Shown here piece by piece: positions 1 through 9,246 of a DNA stretch of 53,688 bases (the stretch's first letter is position 1; each line of letters starts with the position of its first letter). Where the stretch lies: the NCBI GenBank assembly GCA_022574205.1, contig JACZSL010000004.1:1-53688 (forward strand), read 5' to 3'. The stretch comes from Patescibacteria group bacterium. GTDB lineage: Bacteria; Patescibacteriota; Minisyncoccia; Phycocordibacterales; JACZSL01. Below the pieces are notes generated by a model that ran no database searches, had not been told where the DNA came from, and saw nothing but the letters and a program-made list of their open reading frames with translations. A program made the translations under genes and the position numbers.

Positions 1-239
1 TGCGCATAGGTGGAACAACGTCAATAGATGTAACAAAAAAAGGGATTGATAAGGCATACGGTATTCAGAAAATTGAGAAAAGTTTAAACATTCGTAGAGA
101 TAATATGCTTTTTATAGGTGATGCAGTATTCCCTGGGGGAAACGACTATTCTGTAAAAGAGGCCGGGGTAAAGACGATTCAGGTGTCGGGACCTGAGGAA
201 ACGAAAGAAATTATCCGTGAACTTCTCAAAATAAAATAG
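1..239 (+). CDS. HAD-IIB family phosphomannomutase, 5'-truncated by window edge
   Basis: Frame 3 reads RIGGTTSIDVTKKGIDKAYG...FIGDAVFPGGNDY..., stop TAG 237-239; these are PMM-type HAD motifs. Not in the ORF track. Confidence 0.85.
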   Translation, partial: RIGGTTSIDVTKKGIDKAYGIQKIEKSLNIRRDNMLFIGDAVFPGGNDYSVKEAGVKTIQVSGPEETKEIIRELLKIK

Positions 240-279
240 TAGTTGTGCCGCTCTATCTGTCATATATAATCTAATACGT

Positions 280-624
280 ATGAAATCAATCAAGCATACT
301 CGCCCATGGGGATCATTTATAGAGTTTACTAGAAACGAACAGTCAACAATAAAAATTCTTGTCGTTAATCCAGGCGAAGAGTTTAGTTTGCAGTATCATA
401 AAGATCGAGAAGAGTTTTGGCACGTGCTCTCCGGAACCCCAACTATCATTATAGGCAACGAAGAATTTACTGCTCGTCAAGGCGACGAGTTTATCGTGAA
501 AAAGGGTGAGAAGCATCGAATTAGGGCAAAAGGTGCGGAGGCGCGAGTTCTTGAAATATCTTTTGGGAAATTTAGTGAAGACGATATCGCGAGAATTGAA
601 GATAAGTACGGACGTACTAATTAG
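280..624 (+). CDS. Mannose-6-phosphate isomerase type II C-terminal cupin protein
   Basis: RPWGSF, SLQYH..R.E.W, H-R cupin motifs. Confidence 0.85.
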   Translation: MKSIKHTRPWGSFIEFTRNEQSTIKILVVNPGEEFSLQYHKDREEFWHVLSGTPTIIIGNEEFTARQGDEFIVKKGEKHRIRAKGAEARVLEISFGKFSEDDIARIEDKYGRTN

Positions 625-635
625 CCAAATCAGAT

Positions 636-1673
636 ATGATTGAATTAAAAAGAGCAAAGGAGAATCCAATTCTGTCGCCCAATAGAGATATTGTGTGGGA
701 GTCAGAAGCTGTTTTTAATCCTGGCGCTATATTAAAAGACGATAAGGTTTACCTACTATACCGCGCGATCGGAGAATATGACACGTACATTTCACGCATC
801 GGATTAGCAACAAGCCGAGATGGCATACACTTTGAAAGGAAAAACAGAGATCCGGTAATAGAGCCACGGGATAGTTACGACAGGTGGGCCTGCGAGGATC
901 CACGCATAACTCAGATAGGTGACATATTTTATATCACATATGTTGCCCTTTCTCAGAGAATAAGAGAAGGGGGGAAGCCTACTTATGAAATAATACATAA
1001 TTTGAATTCTCAAACTGCACTTGTTACCACTAAAGATTTTGTGAAATTTCAGCGACATGGAATTATTACTCCAAAAAATTCTGACAATCGAGACGTAGTG
1101 ATTTTTCCGGAAAAGATTGACGGTAAGTTTGTAATCCTGCACAGACCTCATCGCTGGTGCAAAAACTGGTTCAAAAGTCCGAAATTTAAAAAAATTGATA
1201 TTGGTATTTCAATATCTTTTGAGAAATTACCTCAGAGACCTGCAACTTGGATTTCATATTCGTATGATCTTAAGAACTGGTTTGACCATACATTACTCAT
1301 TCGTTCCAGTCATGAGAGTGATGAAAAAACAGGCCCCGGAGTGCCTCCCATCAGGACAGATAAAGGCTGGCTTTTAATTTACCACCATGTGGAAAAAGAT
1401 GTAAAGAACAGGATCATATATACAGCTAAAGCCGCTCTTCTAGATTTGAGAGATCCTTCAAAAATTATTGCTAAGATCCCATACATGATTTTGTCACCTA
1501 AAGAGAAGTACGAAATTAGCGGAGATGTGGATAATGTTGTTTTTCCCACTGGTGCTTTAGTCAAAAATGATGATCTCTTTGTGTATTATGGAGCGGCGGA
1601 TAAAAATTGCGGATTAGCAACTATTAAACTAAATGAGATCATGGATGAATTTCTAAGATATAGTAATGTCTGA
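636..1673 (+). CDS. GH130 family glycosidase/beta-mannoside phosphorylase
   Basis: FNPGA, CEDPRIT, GDVDNVVFPTG, YYGAAD motifs. Confidence 0.85.
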   Translation: MIELKRAKENPILSPNRDIVWESEAVFNPGAILKDDKVYLLYRAIGEYDTYISRIGLATSRDGIHFERKNRDPVIEPRDSYDRWACEDPRITQIGDIFYITYVALSQRIREGGKPTYEIIHNLNSQTALVTTKDFVKFQRHGIITPKNSDNRDVVIFPEKIDGKFVILHRPHRWCKNWFKSPKFKKIDIGISISFEKLPQRPATWISYSYDLKNWFDHTLLIRSSHESDEKTGPGVPPIRTDKGWLLIYHHVEKDVKNRIIYTAKAALLDLRDPSKIIAKIPYMILSPKEKYEISGDVDNVVFPTGALVKNDDLFVYYGAADKNCGLATIKLNEIMDEFLRYSNV

Positions 1674-1710
1674 ACGATAAATGTTTACGTGTTGCCTATC
1701 CAACCAACTG

Positions 1711-1740
1711 AAAACCCACCTATGTGGGTTTTCCTCTTTT
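1711..1740 (+). terminator. Intrinsic terminator
   Basis: aaaacccac-ctat-gtgggtttt followed by T-rich tail. Confidence 0.6.
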
Positions 1741-1754
1741 ACACCCCACCACAG

Positions 1755-1950
1755 AGGCCGTTCAGGTCATTCCGACTCTGAGAGTCGTCAGACTCGAATG
1801 AGCTCCCTCGGGACTGAGTCCTCGGGACGAATGTCTGAGGAGCCCTCAGGTCGTTCAGACTCTGAAGAGTCTTCAGACTCGACGAGCTCGATGAGTTCGA
1901 ACGTTCCGCCAAAGGCGGACAGGCGGTACACTCGGGGGAGTCCCTCACAT
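1755..1950. repeat. GACTC/GAGTC-rich REP-like repeat cluster
   Basis: 44-bp imperfect direct repeat 1762-1805/1846-1889; cctcgggac twice; ccgccaaaggcgg palindrome 1906-1918; GC-rich in AT-rich surroundings. Confidence 0.7.
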
Positions 1951-2080
1951 TTTAAGACATATACAATTATTACTTTGACTATACGTAGTAATATTATATA
2001 TTCAATATACCAATTAAAAATGTAACTCTTTATCCTATATACGAAAATAATCGGTATTTCTTTCAACTTTACCATATATT

Positions 2081-2953
2081 ATGCAATGGCTACTACTTGC
2101 ACTCATTTCCGCAGTCTTTGCTTCAGCGGCGCTTCTTATTGAAAAAAAGACATTAGCTCGCGAACATGCGATGGAATTCTCCGCAGCGCTGGCTTTTTTT
2201 AATTTGATACTTTCTGTACCTTTTCTCTTTTTTGTGGATTATTCCAGACTTCAAATAATCCCGCTTGTCTACATCTTTTTTCTTATGATATTGGTTGCGA
2301 TGGCGTTCCTGCTTATAGCGAAAAGCATACGGCATATGGAAGTAAGTGCGGTCGCACCATTTCTCGCTCTTACGCCGGCAGTTACCGCAATATTCGCTTT
2401 TATGTTTTTTAATGAAGCGCTTGGCCCGATTCAAATTTTAGGAATTGCACTAATCTTAATAGGAGCATATGTACTGGAGTTGCATAGTGCACACAATCTT
2501 CTTGAGCCATTTAGAATTATTCTAAAGTCAAAGTACGTCCACTTCGTTATTTTGGGAGTTGTTATATACGGCGTGTCTGCTTCCTTCGACAGGATGATTC
2601 TTTCTAAGTACGATTTTCAACCTCTTGCATATTTAGTCTTTGCGAATATTTTTTTGGCGTTCCATTTTTCTATAATGATGAGCATGTTTCATGACGGCTT
2701 TCGCGGATTAAGAAAAAGCATCAATAAATTTGGATGGATGCTCCTGCTGCTTTCAGTTTTTACGATTGCTTATAGACTTTCAATGTTTGAGGCACTCAAA
2801 GTTGAATTTGCCGGACTTGTTGTTTCGGTACAAAAGATGTCCGTCTTTTTTGCCGTTGTAATAGGAGGCGGGATTTTCAAGGAAAGGAGCATTTTAAGAA
2901 AAGCAGTAGCGTCCTTAATAATGATAGGAGGAATGTTGTTTATTATTTTGTAA
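2081..2953 (+). CDS. EamA/DMT family transporter
   Basis: About 10 hydrophobic segments in two EamA-like halves. Confidence 0.85.
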   Translation: MQWLLLALISAVFASAALLIEKKTLAREHAMEFSAALAFFNLILSVPFLFFVDYSRLQIIPLVYIFFLMILVAMAFLLIAKSIRHMEVSAVAPFLALTPAVTAIFAFMFFNEALGPIQILGIALILIGAYVLELHSAHNLLEPFRIILKSKYVHFVILGVVIYGVSASFDRMILSKYDFQPLAYLVFANIFLAFHFSIMMSMFHDGFRGLRKSINKFGWMLLLLSVFTIAYRLSMFEALKVEFAGLVVSVQKMSVFFAVVIGGGIFKERSILRKAVASLIMIGGMLFIIL

Positions 2954-3009
2954 ACCCCAGCATCAATTGTTACAAAACAGAGGGTTCGAACTTTTGGTAT
3001 ACTTAAAGT

Positions 3010-3225
3010 ATGAGTCTCCTAACATTATTTGGTTTAGTGGCAGTTTCGCTGATGGTTTTATTTTATGCGCTCGAAAAGAAATCCACTCTTTTTATTTTTG
3101 CTTTCGCAATTGCCTGTTTATTAGCATCAGCTTACGGTTTCCTTGTAGGAGCTTGGCCTTTTGGAATCGCAGAGATAATATGGTCAGGAATTGCATTTCG
3201 ACGATGGTGGTCAGTTCGAACTTGA
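3010..3225 (+). CDS. Small membrane protein
   Basis: Three TM-like segments; TATACT 6 nt upstream of ATG. Confidence 0.7.
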   Translation: MSLLTLFGLVAVSLMVLFYALEKKSTLFIFAFAIACLLASAYGFLVGAWPFGIAEIIWSGIAFRRWWSVRT

Positions 3226-3603
3226 TAATTTTTACATAATAGAGGTTTCCGCCGAACTTGCCCTATTACAAGAAGGGGCGGACAGGCACGTAGATAGGGA
3301 TCAAATTATGGTGTAAAAAAAGTCTACAAACACGGGCTAATAATTTTTTATTGCCTTTCTTTTTTATTGCTTTTCTTTATTGATTGCGGTTAGATTGTCA
3401 TAGGTGTTTGCATCATCTTTTCGGGTTCTTCAACTACAACCATCGGAGCATTTTTAATTTCAGCAGCACTGATAAATTAATAAAACGCCTTAGTAAAACG
3501 GGCAAGAAACGGCTTAAAATATGTTATTTCACACCCCTTTATGTTCATAGGCAATTTTCTATATTACAATATACAGGCGACTATCAATATAACATAGAGT
3601 GAC

Positions 3604-5913
3604 ATGAAGAAGATTTCCACTAAGTCTACTGTTTTAAGTAGTGAGATTATTAAAAGAGACGGTTCAATAGTTCCGTTTGATTTGAGAAAAATAGAGAACG
3701 CAATATACAAAGCAATGATTGTTGCCAGAGAATTTAAAACAGGAGCTCCGTTAAAAATTTCAAAAAAAATTCTTGAAAAATTGGTAGCAGAAAAAAAGCG
3801 TAACAATAAACTCACTCCCACAGTAGAGTACATACAGGATTTGGTTGAAGAGGAACTTATGATGCAAAAATTTCCTGCTACAGCAAAAGCGTACATTCTC
3901 TACAGAAGGCAGCATGCAGACCTTAGAAAAAAAGAATTAAAAGTCTCTCCACAAATCCGTTCTCTTGTTAAGGAAAATAAGAAACATTTTAAAAACCAAC
4001 TTTCAGAGTTTATTTTTTACAGTACATACTCAAGATGGCTCCCTGATAAAGGAAGAAGAGAGGCGTGGAGCGAAACAGTGGACAGGTACATGTCGTTTAT
4101 GAAAGAAAATTTAGGCGACAAACTTAAAAAGAGTGAATACAATGAACTTCGCGAGTATATAATAGAAATGAAAGCTCTTGGATCCATGCGACTTTTGTGG
4201 AGTTCCGGAGCACCTGCGCGCAAAAGTAATGTATGCGTTTATAATTGTGCATTCATCGCTCCTGCGTCATGGCAAGATTTTGCAGAGATAATGTATATAT
4301 CAATGTGCGGTACCGGAGTAGGTTTTTCGGTTGAAAGACATACTATTGAGACACTTCCGGTAATAGAAAGACAAACAGGTAAAAAATTACGCAAGTTTGT
4401 GATACCTGACAGTAAAGAGGGGTGGGGCGATGCCTTGTCTTTTGGTATGAGTACTTGGGCGAAAGGAGATGATGTTGAATTTGATTACGGTAAAATTAGA
4501 CCACAAGGAAGTAGGCTTAAAGTAATGGGGGGGAGAGCCTCGGGTCCAGAGCCCCTTAGGAGTTTACTGAACTTTACACGGGAAAAGATGCTTTTAAGAC
4601 AGGGTAGACGTATCACAACTCTGGACGTCCATGATATAGTATGCAAAATTGGGGAAATTGTTGTTGCCGGAGGTGTCAGACGGAGTGCTTTAATCTCACT
4701 TTCTGATTTGGATGACATAGAGATGCGTGAAGCAAAAAATGGACAATTTTACTACACAAACCCTCAACGTATGATGGCAAACAACTCTGCTATTTACAAT
4801 GAAAAGCCGACAATGGAGCAGTTTCTTGACGAATGGCACAATCTTGTTATAAGCGGCACAGGTGAAAGAGGGATCTTTAATAGGGGGAGCCTTAAGAAAC
4901 AAATGCCGACAAGACGTTGGGGTATTTTTAAGAAAGATTTTTGGACTTCCGGACTTAATCCGTGTGGCGAAATTATTCTCAAATCAAAACAATTCTGTAA
5001 TTTGAGCGAAGTGGTTGTTCGCCCTGAAGACACAGAAGAGTCATTGATGGAAAAGATACGCGTGGCGACTATTTTGGGAACGTACCAGGCATCTCTTGTT
5101 AAGTTTCCCTATCTTTCAAAAAAGTGGAAAAAGAACTGTGAAGAAGAAGCTCTTCTTGGGGTATCCATGACAGGGCAGTGGGACAATGAAGCTGTGCGAG
5201 ACCCGCAGGTTATGCGAAGATTGAAAGAAGTTGCAATAGAAACTAATAGAAAGTACGCAAAACGCTTCGGTATAAATCCATCAACAAGTATTACGTGCGT
5301 TAAGCCGTCTGGCAATGGTTCTCAACTTTTTGATTGTGCGTCAGGAATGCATCCAAGGCATGCAAAATACTACATAAGACGAATACGAATAGAGGCTCAT
5401 AATCCGTTGAAAAAATTACTGGAGGATGAGGGTGTACCATTTCATCCGGAAGTGGGACAAGTACGTGACTCCGCAACAACTTGGGTTTTTGAGTTTCCTG
5501 TAAAAGCTCCTAAGAAAGCGGTTACGAGAAATGACTTATCAGCACACAAACAACTTGAGTATTGGAAAAGATTAAAAGAAAATTATTGTGAACATAATCC
5601 GTCGGCAACCATCTCCGTAGAATCTGATGAGTGGCTGGAAGTCGGCAACTGGGTATACACCAATTGGAATATAATTGGAGGACTTTCTTTTCTTCCAAAA
5701 AGCGACCATGTATATCAATTGGCGCCGTATGAAGAAATTTCCCGAGAAAGATACGAAGAGCTTCTTTCAGAATTTCCGAAAATAGACTTCGCCAAATTAG
5801 TTCTATATGAAAATAATGACCAAACGGAAGGAGCTAAAGAGTATGCATGCGTTGGGGGCATGTGCGAGGTTGATGTTGTTGAATCAGATCTTAAGATAAA
5901 AGCGGTAGATTAA
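3604..5913 (+). CDS. nrdJ: Class II (AdoCbl-dependent) ribonucleotide reductase with N-terminal ATP cone
   Basis: IIKRDG ATP cone, YNC, GGVRRSA, NPCGEI, TCVKPSG, C-terminal CVGGMC. Confidence 0.92.
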   Translation: MKKISTKSTVLSSEIIKRDGSIVPFDLRKIENAIYKAMIVAREFKTGAPLKISKKILEKLVAEKKRNNKLTPTVEYIQDLVEEELMMQKFPATAKAYILYRRQHADLRKKELKVSPQIRSLVKENKKHFKNQLSEFIFYSTYSRWLPDKGRREAWSETVDRYMSFMKENLGDKLKKSEYNELREYIIEMKALGSMRLLWSSGAPARKSNVCVYNCAFIAPASWQDFAEIMYISMCGTGVGFSVERHTIETLPVIERQTGKKLRKFVIPDSKEGWGDALSFGMSTWAKGDDVEFDYGKIRPQGSRLKVMGGRASGPEPLRSLLNFTREKMLLRQGRRITTLDVHDIVCKIGEIVVAGGVRRSALISLSDLDDIEMREAKNGQFYYTNPQRMMANNSAIYNEKPTMEQFLDEWHNLVISGTGERGIFNRGSLKKQMPTRRWGIFKKDFWTSGLNPCGEIILKSKQFCNLSEVVVRPEDTEESLMEKIRVATILGTYQASLVKFPYLSKKWKKNCEEEALLGVSMTGQWDNEAVRDPQVMRRLKEVAIETNRKYAKRFGINPSTSITCVKPSGNGSQLFDCASGMHPRHAKYYIRRIRIEAHNPLKKLLEDEGVPFHPEVGQVRDSATTWVFEFPVKAPKKAVTRNDLSAHKQLEYWKRLKENYCEHNPSATISVESDEWLEVGNWVYTNWNIIGGLSFLPKSDHVYQLAPYEEISRERYEELLSEFPKIDFAKLVLYENNDQTEGAKEYACVGGMCEVDVVESDLKIKAVD

Positions 5914-5917
5914 CGTC

Positions 5918-6445
5918 ATGTTTTATACTCGAAAAGGAGATGACGGAAAGTCCAGTCTTTTCGGCTCCGGCAATCGTGTATCAAAAGACGATGTTCGCTT
6001 TGAGGCTCTAGGAGATTTAGACGAGCTCAATTCCTTTCTTGGAGTTTGCAGAGCGTTAATCGAAGATGACAATAATGTTATGGCTCTTACAAAAGATGTA
6101 CAGGAGTGTTTGTTCATTGCGCAGGCAGAGGTAGCAGGAAGTGAAAAATCACTGAATTCAAAACACACAAAAAGATTAGAGGACTCTATTGAGAAAATAG
6201 AAGTAAAAATAAAGTTGCCGAAAGCTTTTGTGATTTCTGGCGAAACAAAGCTTTCAGCTTTGTTTGATTATGCCCGTGCAATGTCGAGAAGGACAGAGAG
6301 GAGTGTAGTAAAAGTTTCCAAAGTAATAAATATATGCAAAGAAACTTTGATGTACTTAAATCGTTTGTCGAGTTTTCTGTACATTGTTGCAAGATATTTT
6401 GCAAACCGTGGTAGCGCGAAAGAAGATTCGCCGACATACGAGTGA
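5918..6445 (+). CDS. pduO: ATP:cob(I)alamin adenosyltransferase (PduO type)
   Basis: YTRKGDDG, GDLDELNS, RRTER, YLNRLS. Confidence 0.92.
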   Translation: MFYTRKGDDGKSSLFGSGNRVSKDDVRFEALGDLDELNSFLGVCRALIEDDNNVMALTKDVQECLFIAQAEVAGSEKSLNSKHTKRLEDSIEKIEVKIKLPKAFVISGETKLSALFDYARAMSRRTERSVVKVSKVINICKETLMYLNRLSSFLYIVARYFANRGSAKEDSPTYE

Positions 6446-6571
6446 TAAGACATTCATGTAATTACGACTTAAATATTCCACGGTTATCCTCGCGGACAAC
6501 CGTGAAATCTATTCACGACCATGCGGAAAATTGACCTCCAAGTTATTTAGTATTTTCATACGATATATCGT

Positions 6572-6855
6572 ATGAAAGTGAACGAGATCGGATCTTGCTC
6601 TACCCATCGCCCGCCAGCGCGTCTACCTGTGCGTTGCACGCAGACAGAGAGCAAATTGTAAATGTAAAAGTGGAGCCCTTACACATTTATTTGTGTGATC
6701 ATGAAGTTTACGGCGAAGATTTTGAAGTTCGGATGAATACGCTTAAACCTCATTACGGTGAGGCTCATGCTGATGTAATGAAAGACCCAAGCAAAGGAAA
6801 GGAGGACATGGGAAAATGGATGGCTGGAAATAAGGTAAGGTTTGAAGCTGCCTAG
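6572..6855 (+). pseudogene. Probably disrupted small CPR-type protein (LCDHE...HADVM...WM)
   Basis: The C-terminal part looks protein-like. The N-terminal part contains a REP-like hairpin (6626-6647), and the ATG at 6572 is out of frame with the C-terminal part. Confidence 0.4.
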
Positions 6856-6873
6856 GTAAATATATATATAAAC

Positions 6874-6914
6874 AAGTTAAAATCCCTCCGCCGCCTGCGG
6901 AGGGATTTTAACTT
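6874..6914. terminator. Bidirectional terminator
   Basis: aagttaaaatccctccgc...gcggagggattttaactt between convergent genes. Confidence 0.8.
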
Positions 6915-7962
6915 ACTTTATTTCTGCGACAAGTGGGGGTATGTCATCTGCCGCTACGACGCGGAAGTTTTTTCGTCCCAAGATCTGGTCGCGCTCGGTT
7001 ACCACATCAACTCGCCATTGCCCTGGAAACACGTTCTTCTTAACGCTGTAGCCGCGATAGCCGCCATCCCTACCTCCGGTTATAGGAAAGGATATTTGGG
7101 CCAAAAGTATCCATGACTCGCTTTCTTCATCAAAATAAGACCACTTGTGTGTTATTTGCTCAGTTAGCCGTGTTGGCGCAAATACAGCGCTAAAGCTCGA
7201 TAGAGGTTCTCCGTCAATGTGTTGATACGTGTTTCTTTTGTAAAACTCAAACCACTTTGTGTCTTCAGAATATACAATGTAGTTTTGACCCTCACGCTCT
7301 ACTGCATAATGAACATCAAGCTCTTTCAGCGAGAGTGGAATCGGCGGAATGATGTTTGTAAAGTACAACAGGTTGAACGCAAGAAATATGCCAACGATTG
7401 AAGCTTTCATTTTGCCCTGATAAGCTTTTGTCGCGCCACTAGTTAGAAGCGCGAGAAGTTTTATAAAAAGCCAAATTACCAAAAGGCTTGTTGCACCACT
7501 TAAGAGAAAAATAGACGCCCCCATTTCACCTATGACTACAGGTAAGAAGAAGATCAAGAAAGAAAAGACGGCAACAAAAAAGATGCTCATCTGGAAGATC
7601 AACCGCTGGTAGCGCTCTTTAAAGAATTCATTTCCAAGGAGGAGAATTGCGAGCATGACTATAAACGGCCAACTGCCGGCAAGCGTCGCACTCTTAGAGT
7701 AGAATATGACATAGCCTGAAAAGAGCCCACCAAAGGCAAACTGCATGGCGTAAGGTATCCAGCGTTCGACAAACGGTCGTCTCCACGTATTTATAAGTAT
7801 TATTGAAAAGCCGGCGACCAGAAGATAAGAGAAGAGAATAATGTTGTCGAGCCAAAGATCGATACGCGAGAGGGTAAAATTGTCCACTAGAAAACCGGAA
7901 AGGAGTGCGCCAAAAGAAAGCTGCTGTTCGTGTGTTGCTACAAAGTCTTTGATTTTTTGCAT
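6913..7962 (-). CDS. DUF2914-domain membrane protein
   Basis: Multi-TM N-terminus; C-terminal GGRDGGYRGYS..K...G.WRVDV. Confidence 0.75.
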   Translation of the reverse strand: MQKIKDFVATHEQQLSFGALLSGFLVDNFTLSRIDLWLDNIILFSYLLVAGFSIILINTWRRPFVERWIPYAMQFAFGGLFSGYVIFYSKSATLAGSWPFIVMLAILLLGNEFFKERYQRLIFQMSIFFVAVFSFLIFFLPVVIGEMGASIFLLSGATSLLVIWLFIKLLALLTSGATKAYQGKMKASIVGIFLAFNLLYFTNIIPPIPLSLKELDVHYAVEREGQNYIVYSEDTKWFEFYKRNTYQHIDGEPLSSFSAVFAPTRLTEQITHKWSYFDEESESWILLAQISFPITGGRDGGYRGYSVKKNVFPGQWRVDVVTERDQILGRKNFRVVAADDIPPLVAEIK

Positions 7963-7965
7963 GTA

Positions 7966-8433
7966 CTATTCTACATCACGTAAATCAAACTTTAGTATTT
8001 TGTTCCCATGAGCATTGAAATGAAACTCTCCTTCAATTCTTTGATCTCCAAGTGCTTTCGGAAGCCAATACTTGTCACCTATCCACATATCGTCATAAGG
8101 AAGGCTATCTTTCTTGTACCATTTGGGTTCCATTTCGTCCGACTCCTTAGGCTCACCACGCCACTTCCTAATAAAGAATATATGCATGTGTTGGCTAAAG
8201 TCAGGCTTTCCATTGAAACTGAACCGAATATTTCCCATATTTTTCATGTGCTCTTCGTCTGTTTCAACTCCGATTTCTTCCCTAAGCTCTCGTAACGCAG
8301 CTTGCTTTATAGACTCTCCCTCTTCAACTTTACCACCAACACCGTTCCACTTACCTTGGCCAAAACCACGTTTCTTCATGGCGAGACATACACTATCTCC
8401 GTCTATTAGAAAGCAAAGAGTTACATTTCTCAT
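7966..8433 (-). CDS. NUDIX hydrolase, 8-oxo-dGTPase (MTH1-like)
   Basis: KKRGFG.GKWNG.GGK.E...AALRELREE; M.P.W; DDMW..D. Confidence 0.88.
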   Translation of the reverse strand: MRNVTLCFLIDGDSVCLAMKKRGFGQGKWNGVGGKVEEGESIKQAALRELREEIGVETDEEHMKNMGNIRFSFNGKPDFSQHMHIFFIRKWRGEPKESDEMEPKWYKKDSLPYDDMWIGDKYWLPKALGDQRIEGEFHFNAHGNKILKFDLRDVE

Positions 8434-8445
8434 ATTTTTATCTTG

Positions 8446-8946
8446 TTATTTAAACCGCGCCCACTCTGATTTCTTACCTTTTCTTTGATTATCAGCCATG
8501 ACAAGCTCGTCGTATATACCATCAATAAGGTCGTAGCTCTTTGCTTCCTCGAGGCTTACCCACTCGAACCTGTCTGCCTCTCCGTCTTTTAACTTTATTT
8601 CACCGCTGTCATAGTCCGCCATACACGAAACCACAAGGGACGGCGCGCCGTCCTTGTGCACTGTTGCTAAGCTCGTGACGTACTCTATATCTTTGATTTT
8701 TAAATTTACTTCTTCTAGCACTTCTCGTTTCAGGACCCGCTCTAGAACGTTGTACCAGTAGTGCTCGGTGTCTTTTGGAAGATTTATGTAATCGTCGGTT
8801 TCAAGCTTTCCGCCGGGGATGGTCCACATAGAGGCAAATCGCTTTTTGTTTGGCGACCGCCTCGTCAGCAGATACTTGCCGTCCTTCACAATAATTGCAG
8901 TTACCACAACTTCGTGAAGATGCTGATTTTCGGGTTTTGTCGACAT
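8446..8946 (-). CDS. NUDIX hydrolase
   Basis: PGGK...REVLEE Nudix box with insertion. Confidence 0.8.
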   Translation of the reverse strand: MSTKPENQHLHEVVVTAIIVKDGKYLLTRRSPNKKRFASMWTIPGGKLETDDYINLPKDTEHYWYNVLERVLKREVLEEVNLKIKDIEYVTSLATVHKDGAPSLVVSCMADYDSGEIKLKDGEADRFEWVSLEEAKSYDLIDGIYDELVMADNQRKGKKSEWARFK

Positions 8947-8994
8947 AGAAACATGTTAGCACAAGAAACGACGTTAAAAGACCAAAAGTACCGT

Positions 8995-9034
8995 AAAAAA
9001 AAGAATCCTTGTTTTAAAGCAAGGATTCTTTTTT
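8995..9034. terminator. Hairpin with A/T tails
   Basis: aaaaaaaagaatccttg-ttttaaag-caaggattcttttttt. Confidence 0.5.
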
Positions 9035-9134
9035 ATATATTTTATTTATATTTCACCACGTGACAGACTACAAATTAAAATAAGTTTCCCACAGGATGGA
9101 AAGCCTGAAACCGTGCGGTCCTTGGCCCGCCAAA

Positions 9135-9180
9135 CCTGCCTGCCGGTCTATGCGCCGTGGCCTGCCTGCCGGCAGGCAGG
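9135..9180. repeat. REP-like palindromes (CCTGCCTGCCGGCAGGCAGG type)
   Basis: Perfect 20-bp palindrome 9161-9180 plus a half copy at 9135. Confidence 0.75.
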
Positions 9181-9246
9181 CGTGCACGGATTGCTTTTTG
9201 TTAGAAATCTTTTCATGATTTTACAAAAAGGGAATATACTTAATAA

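Noticed and set aside
1681-2075. Ser/Glu-rich ORFs 1681-2025, 1739-1948 and 1788-2075
   Set aside because: They are by-products of the palindromic repeat cluster, open on both strands.
3240-3603. Cobalamin riboswitch or NrdR boxes upstream of nrdJ
   Set aside because: No B12-box/GGGAA core or convincing NrdR consensus was visible by eye.
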